A stretch of 28,654 bases of DNA from Deltaproteobacteria bacterium. Its GTDB lineage: Bacteria > Myxococcota_A > Polyangia > Polyangiales > Houyiibacteriaceae. The stretch lies in NCBI GenBank assembly GCA_003647035.1, contig QMMB01000001.1, positions 1-28,654 of the forward strand, in the 5' to 3' direction. Shown here in pieces: positions 16,821-25,744 of the stretch. The notes below the pieces were generated by a model. That model searched no databases, was not told the DNA's origin, and was given only the letters and a program-made list of their open reading frames with translations. A program made the position numbers and the translations under genes. Each line of letters starts with the position of its first letter. The first letter of the stretch is position 1.

Positions 16821-18026
16821 GTGAGCGACCTAGAGGAATTTCGTGAGGATGCGCGGGCGTGGGTTCGCGAGAACGCGCCCGACTCGCTCCGGGGGACGAG
16901 TGGCAGCGGCCCGTTCGAAGGCTACTGGGGCGGCTCGAAGTGCGAGGAAACCGACCCGGACCTGTTGAGGTGGCGCGACCTCGGCATCGAGAAGGGGTGG
17001 ACAGCTCCAAGTTGGCCGAAAGAATACGGCGGTGGGGGGCTCAGCCACGAGCACGAAGAGATCATCCACGCGGAGATGAAGGCGATTGGCGTGCCACGGC
17101 CGGTCGCAGGGCAGGGCCTCGCGATGTTTGGGCCTGTGCTGCTCGAGTACGGCAATGACGCACAGAGGGCGGCACACCTGCCTGCGATTGCTCGCGGTGA
17201 GATGCGTTGGTGTCAGGGGTATTCGGAGCCCAATGCGGGGTCCGATCTCGCGAGCCTCCAGTTGAAGGCAGAGCGGGACCGTGATGAATTCGTGTTGAAC
17301 GGCCAGAAGGTTTGGACCTCGCACGCCAATCTGAGCGACTGGATCTGCTGCCTGGCCCGGACGGATCCGAACGCGCCCAAGAAACAGATGGGCATTTCGG
17401 TGATCCTCGCCGACCTCAATACGCCCGGGATCACGGTGAAGCGAATCGATCTGATCAGCGGGTACTCGCCTTTCTGCGAAACCTTTTTCGACGACGTCCG
17501 CGTGCCCGTCGGCAATCTCGTGGGCAAGGAGAACGAAGGGTGGACGATCGCCAAGGCGATCCTCGACCACGAGCGCTCATCGATCGGTCGCTCGATCGCC
17601 CGGCAGCCGGGGTCGGCGCAGCGCGAGGTCGTCGGCCGGACGCGCAAGCATCTCGGCGTGGCCGAGGGCGTCATCCCCGACCCGTTGCTTCGTGATGAGA
17701 TCGCTGCGCTTGGCATGCTCGAAGAGGCGTTTCACCTCACGCTTGCTCGCATTCAGCAAAGCGCCGCAAGCGGTACGCCAGGGCCCGAAGGCTCCATCAC
17801 CAAGATCGTGGGCACCGACCTCAAGCAGATGCGTTTCGAGCTCGGGATGAAAGTCGCTGGCGTCGACGGATTGGGGTGGGAAGGGCCGGGCTTCGACGAG
17901 GACGACCTTCAGTACACCCGGGATTGGCTGCGGTCGCGCGCAAGCACCATCGAGGGAGGCTCGTCCGAGATCCAAAAGAACATCGTCTCCAAACGTGTGC
18001 TCGGCTTGCCGGAGGGGAAGAAATGA
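16821..18026 (+). CDS. Acyl-CoA dehydrogenase, catalytic subunit of a probable alpha2beta2 pair
   Basis: WCQGYSEPNAGSDLASL, NGQKVWTS, FCETFFDDVRVP, LDHER (candidate catalytic Glu) and TIEGGSSEIQKNIV. Confidence 0.88.
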   Translation: MSDLEEFREDARAWVRENAPDSLRGTSGSGPFEGYWGGSKCEETDPDLLRWRDLGIEKGWTAPSWPKEYGGGGLSHEHEEIIHAEMKAIGVPRPVAGQGLAMFGPVLLEYGNDAQRAAHLPAIARGEMRWCQGYSEPNAGSDLASLQLKAERDRDEFVLNGQKVWTSHANLSDWICCLARTDPNAPKKQMGISVILADLNTPGITVKRIDLISGYSPFCETFFDDVRVPVGNLVGKENEGWTIAKAILDHERSSIGRSIARQPGSAQREVVGRTRKHLGVAEGVIPDPLLRDEIAALGMLEEAFHLTLARIQQSAASGTPGPEGSITKIVGTDLKQMRFELGMKVAGVDGLGWEGPGFDEDDLQYTRDWLRSRASTIEGGSSEIQKNIVSKRVLGLPEGKK

Positions 18027-19168
18027 GCGGGCATACGGCGCCGTCCCTTCTTCTGAACGACGAGCAACAGATGCTCTCGAAGACGGCGCACCAATTCATC
18101 CACGACCGCGCGCCGGTCGCTCGCCTTCGGACCCTCCGTGACTCGAAAGACGAGACTGGGTTCTCTCGCGAGCTTTGGAACGAGATGGCGGAGCTCGGTT
18201 GGCTCGGTCTCCAAATACCGGAGCAGTACGATGGTATGGGCCTCGGCTTTTTCGATCTCTGTGTCGTCCTCGAGCAGAGCGGCCGCGAGTTGATGCCGGA
18301 GCCATTCGTGTCGACCCTTTTGCTCGGCACGCAAACGCTTCTGCTCGGCGGAACCGATGCGCAGAAGAAGGCTCTGCTCCCTGGCATCGCGTCTGGTGAA
18401 ACGATAGTGACCCTGGGCTACGAAGAGGCCGGGTCGCATGGAGATGCCTCGATGGTCGCGACGACGGCTCGCAAATCGACGGCCGGCTTCGAGCTCAGCG
18501 GGGCGAAGCTTCAGGTCCTCGACGGCCACCTTGCCGAGCGGATCATCGTATCTGCCACCACTTCGGATTCGGGTTACACGCTCTTCCTAATCGACCCGGC
18601 CCGTTCGGGTGTCACGATCACGCGCCAGTTCCGAATCGACGGACTGAACGCAGCCATCGTTCAGCTCGACGCAGTGCCGGTGGAGCGTGACGACGTCATC
18701 GGCGAGATCGGTGGCGGAGCGGTCCTCCTCGAGGCGGTGTTCGACCGTGCCGGGGTGGGTTTGTCGGCGCAGATGCTGGGCGCCTCGGAGCAAGCCTTTG
18801 CCGACACGATCGAATACCTCAAGGAACGCGAGCAGTTCGGCGTGCCCATTGGGTCATTCCAGGCGCTTCAGCACCGTGCCGTATCAGTGTACACGGAGTT
18901 GGCGCTAACCCGCTCGGCGGTCCTTGCCGCCGCCCGCGCAATCGACGACGCGCCAGATGATGTCCCGCGACTAGCGTCGCTCGCCAAGGCCATCGCCTCG
19001 GAGACGTTCATGCACGCCGCCAAGGAAGCCATCCAAATGCATGGCGGCATTGGCGTGACCGATGAGCACGACATCGGCTTCTACATCAAGCGTGCACAAG
19101 CGACCTACATGACTTTCGGAAAGCCTTCGCAACACCGGCAACGCTGGGCGGAGCTCCACGGTTACTAG
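18023..19168 (+). CDS. Acyl-CoA dehydrogenase, partner subunit of a probable alpha2beta2 pair
   Basis: REQFGVPIGSFQALQHR and AIQMHGGIGVTDEHD are present, but the SEPxxGSD and IxGG motifs are absent. Start moved to ATG 18023 (ATGA overlap with the upstream ACAD). Confidence 0.88.
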   Translation: MSGHTAPSLLLNDEQQMLSKTAHQFIHDRAPVARLRTLRDSKDETGFSRELWNEMAELGWLGLQIPEQYDGMGLGFFDLCVVLEQSGRELMPEPFVSTLLLGTQTLLLGGTDAQKKALLPGIASGETIVTLGYEEAGSHGDASMVATTARKSTAGFELSGAKLQVLDGHLAERIIVSATTSDSGYTLFLIDPARSGVTITRQFRIDGLNAAIVQLDAVPVERDDVIGEIGGGAVLLEAVFDRAGVGLSAQMLGASEQAFADTIEYLKEREQFGVPIGSFQALQHRAVSVYTELALTRSAVLAAARAIDDAPDDVPRLASLAKAIASETFMHAAKEAIQMHGGIGVTDEHDIGFYIKRAQATYMTFGKPSQHRQRWAELHGY

Positions 19169-19196
19169 CGACCCCTAAAGAAGAGCGAGAAGCACG

Positions 19197-19949
19197 ATGA
19201 AAAGGTTTGAAGGAAAGAACGTTGTAATCACCGGCGCAGCGGCGGGCATCGGCCAGGCCACGGCGAAGCGCATCGCCGAGGAGGGTGGCAACCTCGCTCT
19301 CATCGACATCAATGCCGAGGGACTGGCTGCCACGAAGAAGATAGCCGAAGACTTGGGCGTCAAGACGTGGGTCTACGAGTGCAACGTCACCGACGGTGCC
19401 CGTGTGAAAGAGGTGATCGACCAGGCCGCGAAAGACATGGGCGGCTTCGACACCCTGTGTCACTGCGCCGGAATTCTGCGCACCTACCACACGCACGAGA
19501 TGACCTTCGATCAATGGCACGAGATCATCGACATTAATCTCAATGGCACGTTCTACGTCAACCAGGCCGCACTCCCGCACCTGTTGAACAACCGCTTCAG
19601 CGCCCTGGTGAACTGTTCATCGACTTCCGCCCTCGGTAGCCATCCGTGGATGGCCGCCTACGCGGCCTCGAAGGGCGGCATCCTCTCGATGACCCGCGCG
19701 CTCTATCAGGAATACGTAAAGCAAGGTCTGCGCGCCAACTGTGTAATCCCCGGCGGAATCGCCACGGCGCTACACGGCGACTTCAAGGCCCCCGAAGGCG
19801 CCGACATGGAGCTCCTCAAAGGCGCGATGCCCTTCGTAGGCTTCGCCAAGCCCGCCCACGCAGCAAGCGTCATCGCCTTCCTAGCCTCCGACGACGCCCG
19901 CTACATCAACGGCACAGAAATCCGAGCCGACGGCGGCGCCCTCTCCTAG
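19197..19949 (+). CDS. Classical short-chain dehydrogenase/reductase (SDR)
   Basis: TGAAAGIG, HCAGI, INLNG, catalytic S...YAASK and YINGTEIRADGG. Confidence 0.9.
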   Translation: MKRFEGKNVVITGAAAGIGQATAKRIAEEGGNLALIDINAEGLAATKKIAEDLGVKTWVYECNVTDGARVKEVIDQAAKDMGGFDTLCHCAGILRTYHTHEMTFDQWHEIIDINLNGTFYVNQAALPHLLNNRFSALVNCSSTSALGSHPWMAAYAASKGGILSMTRALYQEYVKQGLRANCVIPGGIATALHGDFKAPEGADMELLKGAMPFVGFAKPAHAASVIAFLASDDARYINGTEIRADGGALS

Positions 19950-19963
19950 GCGCTCGCGTGGGG

Positions 19964-19997
19964 GCGGCGGGGTGGGGATGAAGGGCCCACCCGCCGC
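19964..19997. terminator. GC-rich hairpin between the convergent SDR and DJ-1 genes
   Basis: GCGGCGG(G)GTGGG pairs with CCCACCCGCCGC (12 bp with one bulged G, 9-nt loop). No U-tract. Confidence 0.45.
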
Positions 19998-20019
19998 GTA
20001 TACGTCTCGCTCGGGCTAT

Positions 20020-20652
20020 CTAGTTCTTCAGCTTCGCAAGCTCCTGCACGCGAGCGAGTACCGTTGCGTCAACTTTGTGGAGCGCGCCCGCGTCGTGTGG
20101 TGGCTGTGGATCGTACTCGATCATGAGCTGTAGTGCCTTTGCCGTAGTCGCATCGGTGAGGCGTTCGGCCAATTGCAGCGCCATGTCGATGCCGCTCGAG
20201 ACGCCGGCTGCGGTGATGATCTTGCCTTCGACCACGACGCGGTCTTCGGAGGGCTTCGCTCCGTACTTGGCCAGAAGGTGGCGCGAGGCGAAGTGTGTGG
20301 TGGCGCTCAGCCCATCCAAGATTCCGGCTGCCGCGAGCAGCAAGGAACCCGTGCAAACCGACGTCGTGAACTGCGTCGTCTCATGCGCTGTGCGAATCCA
20401 CTGCAGGATTACAGCGTCATGCACCAGGGCTCTCGTGCCGATACCACCCGGGACCAAGAGAATGTCGGGGCTTGGTACCTCGTCGAACGTCCGATCGACG
20501 GTGAGACCCAGGAACCCGTTGTCGGTCCGCACTTCTCCCTTTCGGTGGCCGACGAAGCGGACCTCTGCTCCAGGAAGGCGCTGCAGGACCTCGTACGGCC
20601 CAACCGCGTCGAGGGCCGTGACTTGGTCGAACAGGGCGACTGCGATTTCCAT
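20020..20652 (-). CDS. DJ-1/PfpI (ThiJ) family protein, isonitrile-hydratase-like subgroup
   Basis: LDAVGPYEVL, DILLVPGG, nucleophile elbow SVCTGS, ATTH, ITAAGVSSGIDMAL and QLMIEYDPQPP. Confidence 0.85.
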   Translation of the reverse strand: MEIAVALFDQVTALDAVGPYEVLQRLPGAEVRFVGHRKGEVRTDNGFLGLTVDRTFDEVPSPDILLVPGGIGTRALVHDAVILQWIRTAHETTQFTTSVCTGSLLLAAAGILDGLSATTHFASRHLLAKYGAKPSEDRVVVEGKIITAAGVSSGIDMALQLAERLTDATTAKALQLMIEYDPQPPHDAGALHKVDATVLARVQELAKLKN

Positions 20653-20668
20653 CGAACGAACGCTTTCG

Positions 20669-20690
20669 AAAAGGGGACTGTCCCCTTTTT
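20669..20690. terminator. Palindrome AAAAGGGGAC-T-GTCCCCTTTT(T) (REP-like / bidirectional terminator-like), second copy
   Basis: Perfect 10-bp arms, 2 nt past the malic enzyme stop, with T-tracts on both strands. Confidence 0.7.
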
Positions 20691-20692
20691 GT

Positions 20693-22426
20693 CTAGTCTA
20701 GGTGGCCGCGGACGAAGGGGAGGTAGGTGGGGTGCCAGACGTGTGCTCGGACGAAAGCTTCGATGTCGTCGGGGATGTTTTCTCGGCGGGCAACGCCGTC
20801 TTCGATGGCCTGCTGCACCACTCGGGTGGCTACGCGAATGGCGGTTTCCTGGAGGTCGGACACCGGCGGGTAGATCAAGCCGCCTTCGACGTACTTCTCG
20901 ATGGTGTAGTCGGCGAGCGCCTGCGAGGCCTCGAGGACCATGCCGTCCGTGATCGCCTTCGCGTTGCTCAGGATCGCCCCGAAGCCGAGCCCGGGAAAGA
21001 TGAACGCGTTGTTGCCCTGTCCGATGGGGTGCGTCACGCCGCCCATCTGCACCGGATCGAATGGGCTGCCGGTTGCCACGATCGCTTGGCCTTCGGTCCA
21101 CCGAAAGATGTCGATCGGCGTTGCCTCCGCGGAGTCGGTCGGATTCGACAGCGGGAAGATGATCGGCCCCTTGTGGTTGTCCGCCATCGCGCGGACCACT
21201 TCTTCGTCGAAGGCGCCCGGCCGGCCCGATAGGCCCAGGAGCACCGTAGCCTTCGCGTTGCGAATGGTCTCCACCAGATCGGGTGCATCACCCGCGAACT
21301 CCCAGCCTCGGATGGCGGCGCGCTCCTGCGCGAAGCCCTGCTTGTACTCTTCCATATCGCGGTCCGTGAGCAGCAGGCCCTTCGAATCCAGCACGAACAC
21401 GCGTTCCGTTGCTTGCTCTTGGCTCAGGCCAGCGCGGACCAAACCCTCACGAATCGCCCAAGCCACGCCTACGCCACCTGCCCCGGCTCCGTGAATGACG
21501 AAGACCTCGTCCTTCAGGCTTTCGTCACGAAGATGACAAGCCGCGAGAATACCCGCCAAGGCGACCGCGCCAGTGCCCTGAATGTCGTCGTTGAAGGATG
21601 GCCCTCGGGTCCGGTATCGATCGAGAACCGTGAAGGCGGCGGTCTTCGAAAGATCCTCCCATTGAATTACGGCATCGGGCCAACGAGACCAAACCGCGTC
21701 CACAAACTGGTCGAGGAACTTGTAGTAGTCGTCACCCTGCAGCCGCTTCTGGCGAACCCCGAGATAGTTGGGGTCGTTGATGAGATCCATGCGGTCCGTG
21801 CCCACGTCGAGCGCGACGGGCATCGTGTGGAACGGGCTCACGCCCCCCCCGACGGTATAGAGGGCCATCTTCCCGATGGGAATCGCGAGGCCACCGTACC
21901 CTTGGTCGCCGATGCCGAGGATCGCCGAGGAGTCGGTCGCGACAATCATGCGAACGTCCTCCATTGGGTAGCACTCGAGCGTTTGATCCGCGCGGTCGAT
22001 GTTGAGCGGAGAGAATGAGAGCCCCCGCGGGTTCTGGTAGAGCGCGCTGAACTGTTGTACTGCTGCGCCGACGGTCGGCGTGTAAACGATCGGCAACATC
22101 TCGTCGAGGTGCTTCTCGAGCAAGGCGTAGAACAGAATCTCTTGCCGTTCCTGAAGGCTCCGCAGGTACTGATACTTGTCGATGTCGGTCGGCGCCTGGA
22201 CGAAGCCCTCATAGACGCGGTCGATCTGCTGTTCGAGCGTATTGAACTGGGGAGGAAGAAGGCCCCCTAGCCGAAGTGCGACACGCTCTTCGTGGCTGAA
22301 CGCCGTGCCCTTGTTGGAGAGTACGAGTCGCAGCAGGGTGATGCCGTCCTGGTAGACCTCCATGTACGGGCGTCCATGTTCATCTTCCTTGAGGTCAAAC
22401 AACCGGCTAACGCGTTTGCGGGGCAT
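20693..22426 (-). CDS. maeA: NAD-dependent malic enzyme (MaeA/SfcA type)
   Basis: NKGTAF, LPIVYTPTVG, ILGIGDQG, FNDDIQGT, GAGAGG, IFPLSNPT and GQGNNAFIFPGLG. Confidence 0.92.
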   Translation of the reverse strand: MPRKRVSRLFDLKEDEHGRPYMEVYQDGITLLRLVLSNKGTAFSHEERVALRLGGLLPPQFNTLEQQIDRVYEGFVQAPTDIDKYQYLRSLQERQEILFYALLEKHLDEMLPIVYTPTVGAAVQQFSALYQNPRGLSFSPLNIDRADQTLECYPMEDVRMIVATDSSAILGIGDQGYGGLAIPIGKMALYTVGGGVSPFHTMPVALDVGTDRMDLINDPNYLGVRQKRLQGDDYYKFLDQFVDAVWSRWPDAVIQWEDLSKTAAFTVLDRYRTRGPSFNDDIQGTGAVALAGILAACHLRDESLKDEVFVIHGAGAGGVGVAWAIREGLVRAGLSQEQATERVFVLDSKGLLLTDRDMEEYKQGFAQERAAIRGWEFAGDAPDLVETIRNAKATVLLGLSGRPGAFDEEVVRAMADNHKGPIIFPLSNPTDSAEATPIDIFRWTEGQAIVATGSPFDPVQMGGVTHPIGQGNNAFIFPGLGFGAILSNAKAITDGMVLEASQALADYTIEKYVEGGLIYPPVSDLQETAIRVATRVVQQAIEDGVARRENIPDDIEAFVRAHVWHPTYLPFVRGHLD

Positions 22427-22439
22427 GGCGTTCCTTTCC

Positions 22440-23516
22440 TTAGGCGCCTTCGATGGTGGCCACGACTGCGCCTGCCATCTCCGTCGTGCCGAGCGATCGC
22501 TGTCCGCCGCTCAGGTCTGCAGTTCGAAGTCCACTGTCGAGGACCTTCCGGACGGCGTTTTCAATTGTTTTCGCGTCGTCGTCGAGGTCGAGGCTGTGCC
22601 GAAGTAGCATCGCGGCACTTAGAATCGTACCCAGCGGGTTCGCGACCCCTTTGCCTGCGATGTCCGGGGCGGAGCCGTGGATGGGTTCGTACACACCAAG
22701 CGTGCCTTCACCGAGCGAGGCGCTTGGAAGCAGCCCGAGCGACCCGGTCAACACCGCGCCTTCGTCCGAGAGGATGTCGCCAAACATGTTGCCACTCACG
22801 ATGACGTCGAACGATGACGGGTCGGTGACGAGGCGCATGGCGGCCGAATCGACGAGCTGATGATCGAGCTGGATGTCCGAGTTCTCTTTGCCGACCTCGG
22901 TCGCGACCTCGCGCCACACTTGCATCGTGGCCAGAACGTTCGCCTTGTCGATGGAGGTGACGTGTCCGCCTCGCCTCCGCGCGACTTGGAAGGCTAGCTC
23001 GACGATGCGGCGAATCTCGCTCTCGTCGTAGACCATCGTATCGAAGCCGGTGCGCAGACCGTTCCTGGTCTCTTTGCCCTTGGGCTGACCGAAATAGATG
23101 CCGCCGGTGAGCTCGCGGATGAACACCAAATCTACGCCACGCAGGCGTTCGGGACGGAGCGGGGAGGCCGCTTCGAGGCCAGGAAAGAGCTTCACCGGGC
23201 GAACATTCGCGAATAGCTTCAGGGCCTTCCGCATTCCGAGAAGCCCCTGCTCCGGCCGAACCTTGGCGTTGGGGTCCTCCCATTTCGGGCCGCCAACCGC
23301 ACCGAGTAAGACGGCATCCGCACTGCGGCACCCCACGATGGTGTCGTCCGGAAGTGGAACACCCGTCTCGTCGATGGCGATGCCGCCGATGAGGTGTGTC
23401 GAGAACGTGAACGTGTGATTGGACTTGCTTGCGATCGTCTCGAGCACTTGGCGAGTCGCGTCAACGATTTCGGGACCGATTCCGTCACCAGGGAGAAGTG
23501 TAATCTTGGCTTTCAT
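22440..23516 (-). CDS. leuB: 3-isopropylmalate dehydrogenase
   Basis: LLPGDGIGPE, GAVGGPKW, RELTGGIYFG, IDKANVL, NMFGDILSDE and EPIHGSAPDIAG. Confidence 0.96.
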   Translation of the reverse strand: MKAKITLLPGDGIGPEIVDATRQVLETIASKSNHTFTFSTHLIGGIAIDETGVPLPDDTIVGCRSADAVLLGAVGGPKWEDPNAKVRPEQGLLGMRKALKLFANVRPVKLFPGLEAASPLRPERLRGVDLVFIRELTGGIYFGQPKGKETRNGLRTGFDTMVYDESEIRRIVELAFQVARRRGGHVTSIDKANVLATMQVWREVATEVGKENSDIQLDHQLVDSAAMRLVTDPSSFDVIVSGNMFGDILSDEGAVLTGSLGLLPSASLGEGTLGVYEPIHGSAPDIAGKGVANPLGTILSAAMLLRHSLDLDDDAKTIENAVRKVLDSGLRTADLSGGQRSLGTTEMAGAVVATIEGA

Positions 23517-23572
23517 CTATCGTTACCTGTGCGGCCGGCCATGATGCACGGCACACGTCATGAGGGCAATGG

Positions 23573-25165
23573 CTAAGTCGCGCGTTCCAGCGTGAGCCCG
23601 TACTCGATGCTGTCGATCAACGCCTGAAGTGACGCTTCGATGATGTTGCTCGATGCCCCCACGGTGCTCCATGTGTCGTGGGCCGACTGGCTGTCGATGA
23701 GCACTCTGGTCGTCGCATCGGTCCCCTTGCGGCCGTCGAGAATGCGAACCTTGTAGTCGCTGAGATGCATCTCTGCGACCTCGGGGAAGAAGGGGAGGAG
23801 CGCCTTTCGGAGCGCTGAGTCGAGTGCACTCACCGGGCCGTTGCCTTCGCCCGCGGTGTGCACGACCTCGTCCCCGATTTGGACCTTTACCGTAGCCTCG
23901 GCGAGCATGCCGCCGCCACGCCGTCGTCCAACGCCTGCTTGGAAGTCCAATACCTCGAAAGGTGGTTTGTAGTCGACTTGGTGACGAGCCATGAGTAGCG
24001 CGACCGACGCCTCGGCCGCTTCGTACGCGAAGCCCTTGGACTCGAGCTCCTTGATCTTCTCGAGCACGCGGCCGCCGTGGTCCGAGCTGACCTCGAGCCC
24101 AAGCTCTTCCGCCTTGCTCATGACGTTGCTGCGTCCGGAAAGCTCACTCACCACCACTCGCGACTCGTTCCCGACGAGAGTTGGCTGGATGTGCTCGTAT
24201 GATTCGGGATGACGGCGAATCGCCGACACGTGGATGCCGCCTTTGTGGGCGAAGGCACTACGCCCGACGTAGGCCGCATGATCGTTGGGACTCAGGTTTG
24301 CGATCTCGGCAACGAAGTGTGACAGGTCGTAGAGTTGGTTGAGTTTGCCTTGAGGAAGGCACTGCAAGCCCAGTTTGAGCTCGACGTCCGGGATGATCGC
24401 GCAGAGGTTGGCGTTTCCGCAGCGCTCCCCGTATCCGTTGATCGTTCCCTGGACGTGGCGGACCCCCGCACGCACCGCGGCGACGGAGTTGGCGACGCCA
24501 CATTCACCATCGTTGTGGGCATGGATGCCGAGTGGTGTGTCCGGAAGGGCCTCTCGGACCGCTTTCACGATCTCCTCGACCTCCCAGGGCATCGAGCCGC
24601 CGTTGGTGTCGCAAAGAGCTACCCGCTCGGCGCCACCGCGCGTAGCGGCTCGCAGCGTGTCGATCGCGTACTGCGCATCGGCCTTGTATCCGTCGAAGAA
24701 ATGCTCCGCGTCGTAGATCACCCGCCGGTCGTTCTGCCGGAGAAAGGCCACGCTCTCCTCGACCATACGGAGGTTCTCTTCGAGGGTCGTGCGAAGCACT
24801 TGCGTAACGTGCATGTTCCAGGACTTGCCGAAGATCGTGCACACTGGTGTCTCGGCGGCGAGCAAGGTCTGAAGTTGCTTGTCGTCCTGTGCGCGAAGCT
24901 GAGCGCGACACGTCGACCCGAACGCGGCCACGATGACGTTCTTCCAATCGACATCCTTCGCCCGCTCGAAGAACTCGACGTCCTTGGGGTTCGACCCCGG
25001 CCAACCACCCTCGATGAAGGTGACACCCAGCGAATCCAAGTGCTCCGCGATCCGCAGCTTGTCCTCGCAGGACAGACTCATCCCTTCCATCTGCGTGCCA
25101 TCACGCAGAGTGGTGTCGTAGATCTCTACGACCGGGTCCGAGCCACTATGTCCGCTGTTGCTCAT
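23573..25165 (-). CDS. cimA: Citramalate synthase (CimA, bacterial type)
   Basis: YDTTLRDG, GGWPGSNPKD, FGKSW, YDAEHFFDG, GERCGNANL, AFAHKGGIHVSA, VSELSGRSN and WSTVGAS. Start moved to ATG 25165 (overlaps the leuD end by 20 nt). Confidence 0.9.
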   Translation of the reverse strand: MSNSGHSGSDPVVEIYDTTLRDGTQMEGMSLSCEDKLRIAEHLDSLGVTFIEGGWPGSNPKDVEFFERAKDVDWKNVIVAAFGSTCRAQLRAQDDKQLQTLLAAETPVCTIFGKSWNMHVTQVLRTTLEENLRMVEESVAFLRQNDRRVIYDAEHFFDGYKADAQYAIDTLRAATRGGAERVALCDTNGGSMPWEVEEIVKAVREALPDTPLGIHAHNDGECGVANSVAAVRAGVRHVQGTINGYGERCGNANLCAIIPDVELKLGLQCLPQGKLNQLYDLSHFVAEIANLSPNDHAAYVGRSAFAHKGGIHVSAIRRHPESYEHIQPTLVGNESRVVVSELSGRSNVMSKAEELGLEVSSDHGGRVLEKIKELESKGFAYEAAEASVALLMARHQVDYKPPFEVLDFQAGVGRRRGGGMLAEATVKVQIGDEVVHTAGEGNGPVSALDSALRKALLPFFPEVAEMHLSDYKVRILDGRKGTDATTRVLIDSQSAHDTWSTVGASSNIIEASLQALIDSIEYGLTLERAT

Positions 25166-25733
25166 AACTTGTGATCTGCTCGTCGAACGAGAGGAGGTAT
25201 CCAAGCTGGTCGACACCCTCGAGGAGACAGTGCTTGGAGAAGGCGTCGATAGGGAACGTTGCCTCGAGCCCGTCGACGCCCGTCACGGACTGGGTCGGGA
25301 GTTCGATGGTGATCTTCGTCGACCGGTCCCGTTGAACGGCTTCCATGAGCGCCTTGTACACTTCGGCGTTGACCTCGACGGGCAGCAAACCGTTCTTCAG
25401 CGAGTTGCTCCGGAAGATGTCTGCGAAGCCGGTGGAGATGATCGCGCGGAAACCCCAACCGACCAACGCCCAAGGTGCGTGCTCGCGCGAAGAACCACTG
25501 CCGAAGTTGTTGCCGGCGATGAGGATCCGCGCACCCTGCGAAGCGGCCTCGTTGAGCACGAACTCAGGGTTGTCCGACCCGTCCTTGAGGTAGCGCCAGT
25601 CGCAAAATAGGCTGTCCCCGAGACCGTGCTTGTCGGTCACCTTGAGAAAGCGCGCTGGGATGATCTGATCTGTGTCCACGTTCTCGGCAGGGAGCGGGAC
25701 TGCATGCGATGTCAGTGTGGTGAATTTGGCCAT
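25146..25733 (-). CDS. leuD: 3-isopropylmalate dehydratase small subunit
   Basis: NVDTDQIIPARFLK, NFGSGSSREHAPWAL, FADIFRSN and LLEGVDQLG. Start moved to ATG 25733. Confidence 0.96.
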   Translation of the reverse strand: MAKFTTLTSHAVPLPAENVDTDQIIPARFLKVTDKHGLGDSLFCDWRYLKDGSDNPEFVLNEAASQGARILIAGNNFGSGSSREHAPWALVGWGFRAIISTGFADIFRSNSLKNGLLPVEVNAEVYKALMEAVQRDRSTKITIELPTQSVTGVDGLEATFPIDAFSKHCLLEGVDQLGYLLSFDEQITSYEQQRT

Positions 25734-25744
25734 GACTCTGTCTT

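Noticed and set aside
11783-20690. Palindrome copies as a CRISPR repeat or IS ends
   Set aside because: There are only two copies, 9 kb apart, with no spacer array, cas gene or transposase, and the enclosed genes are not element-like.
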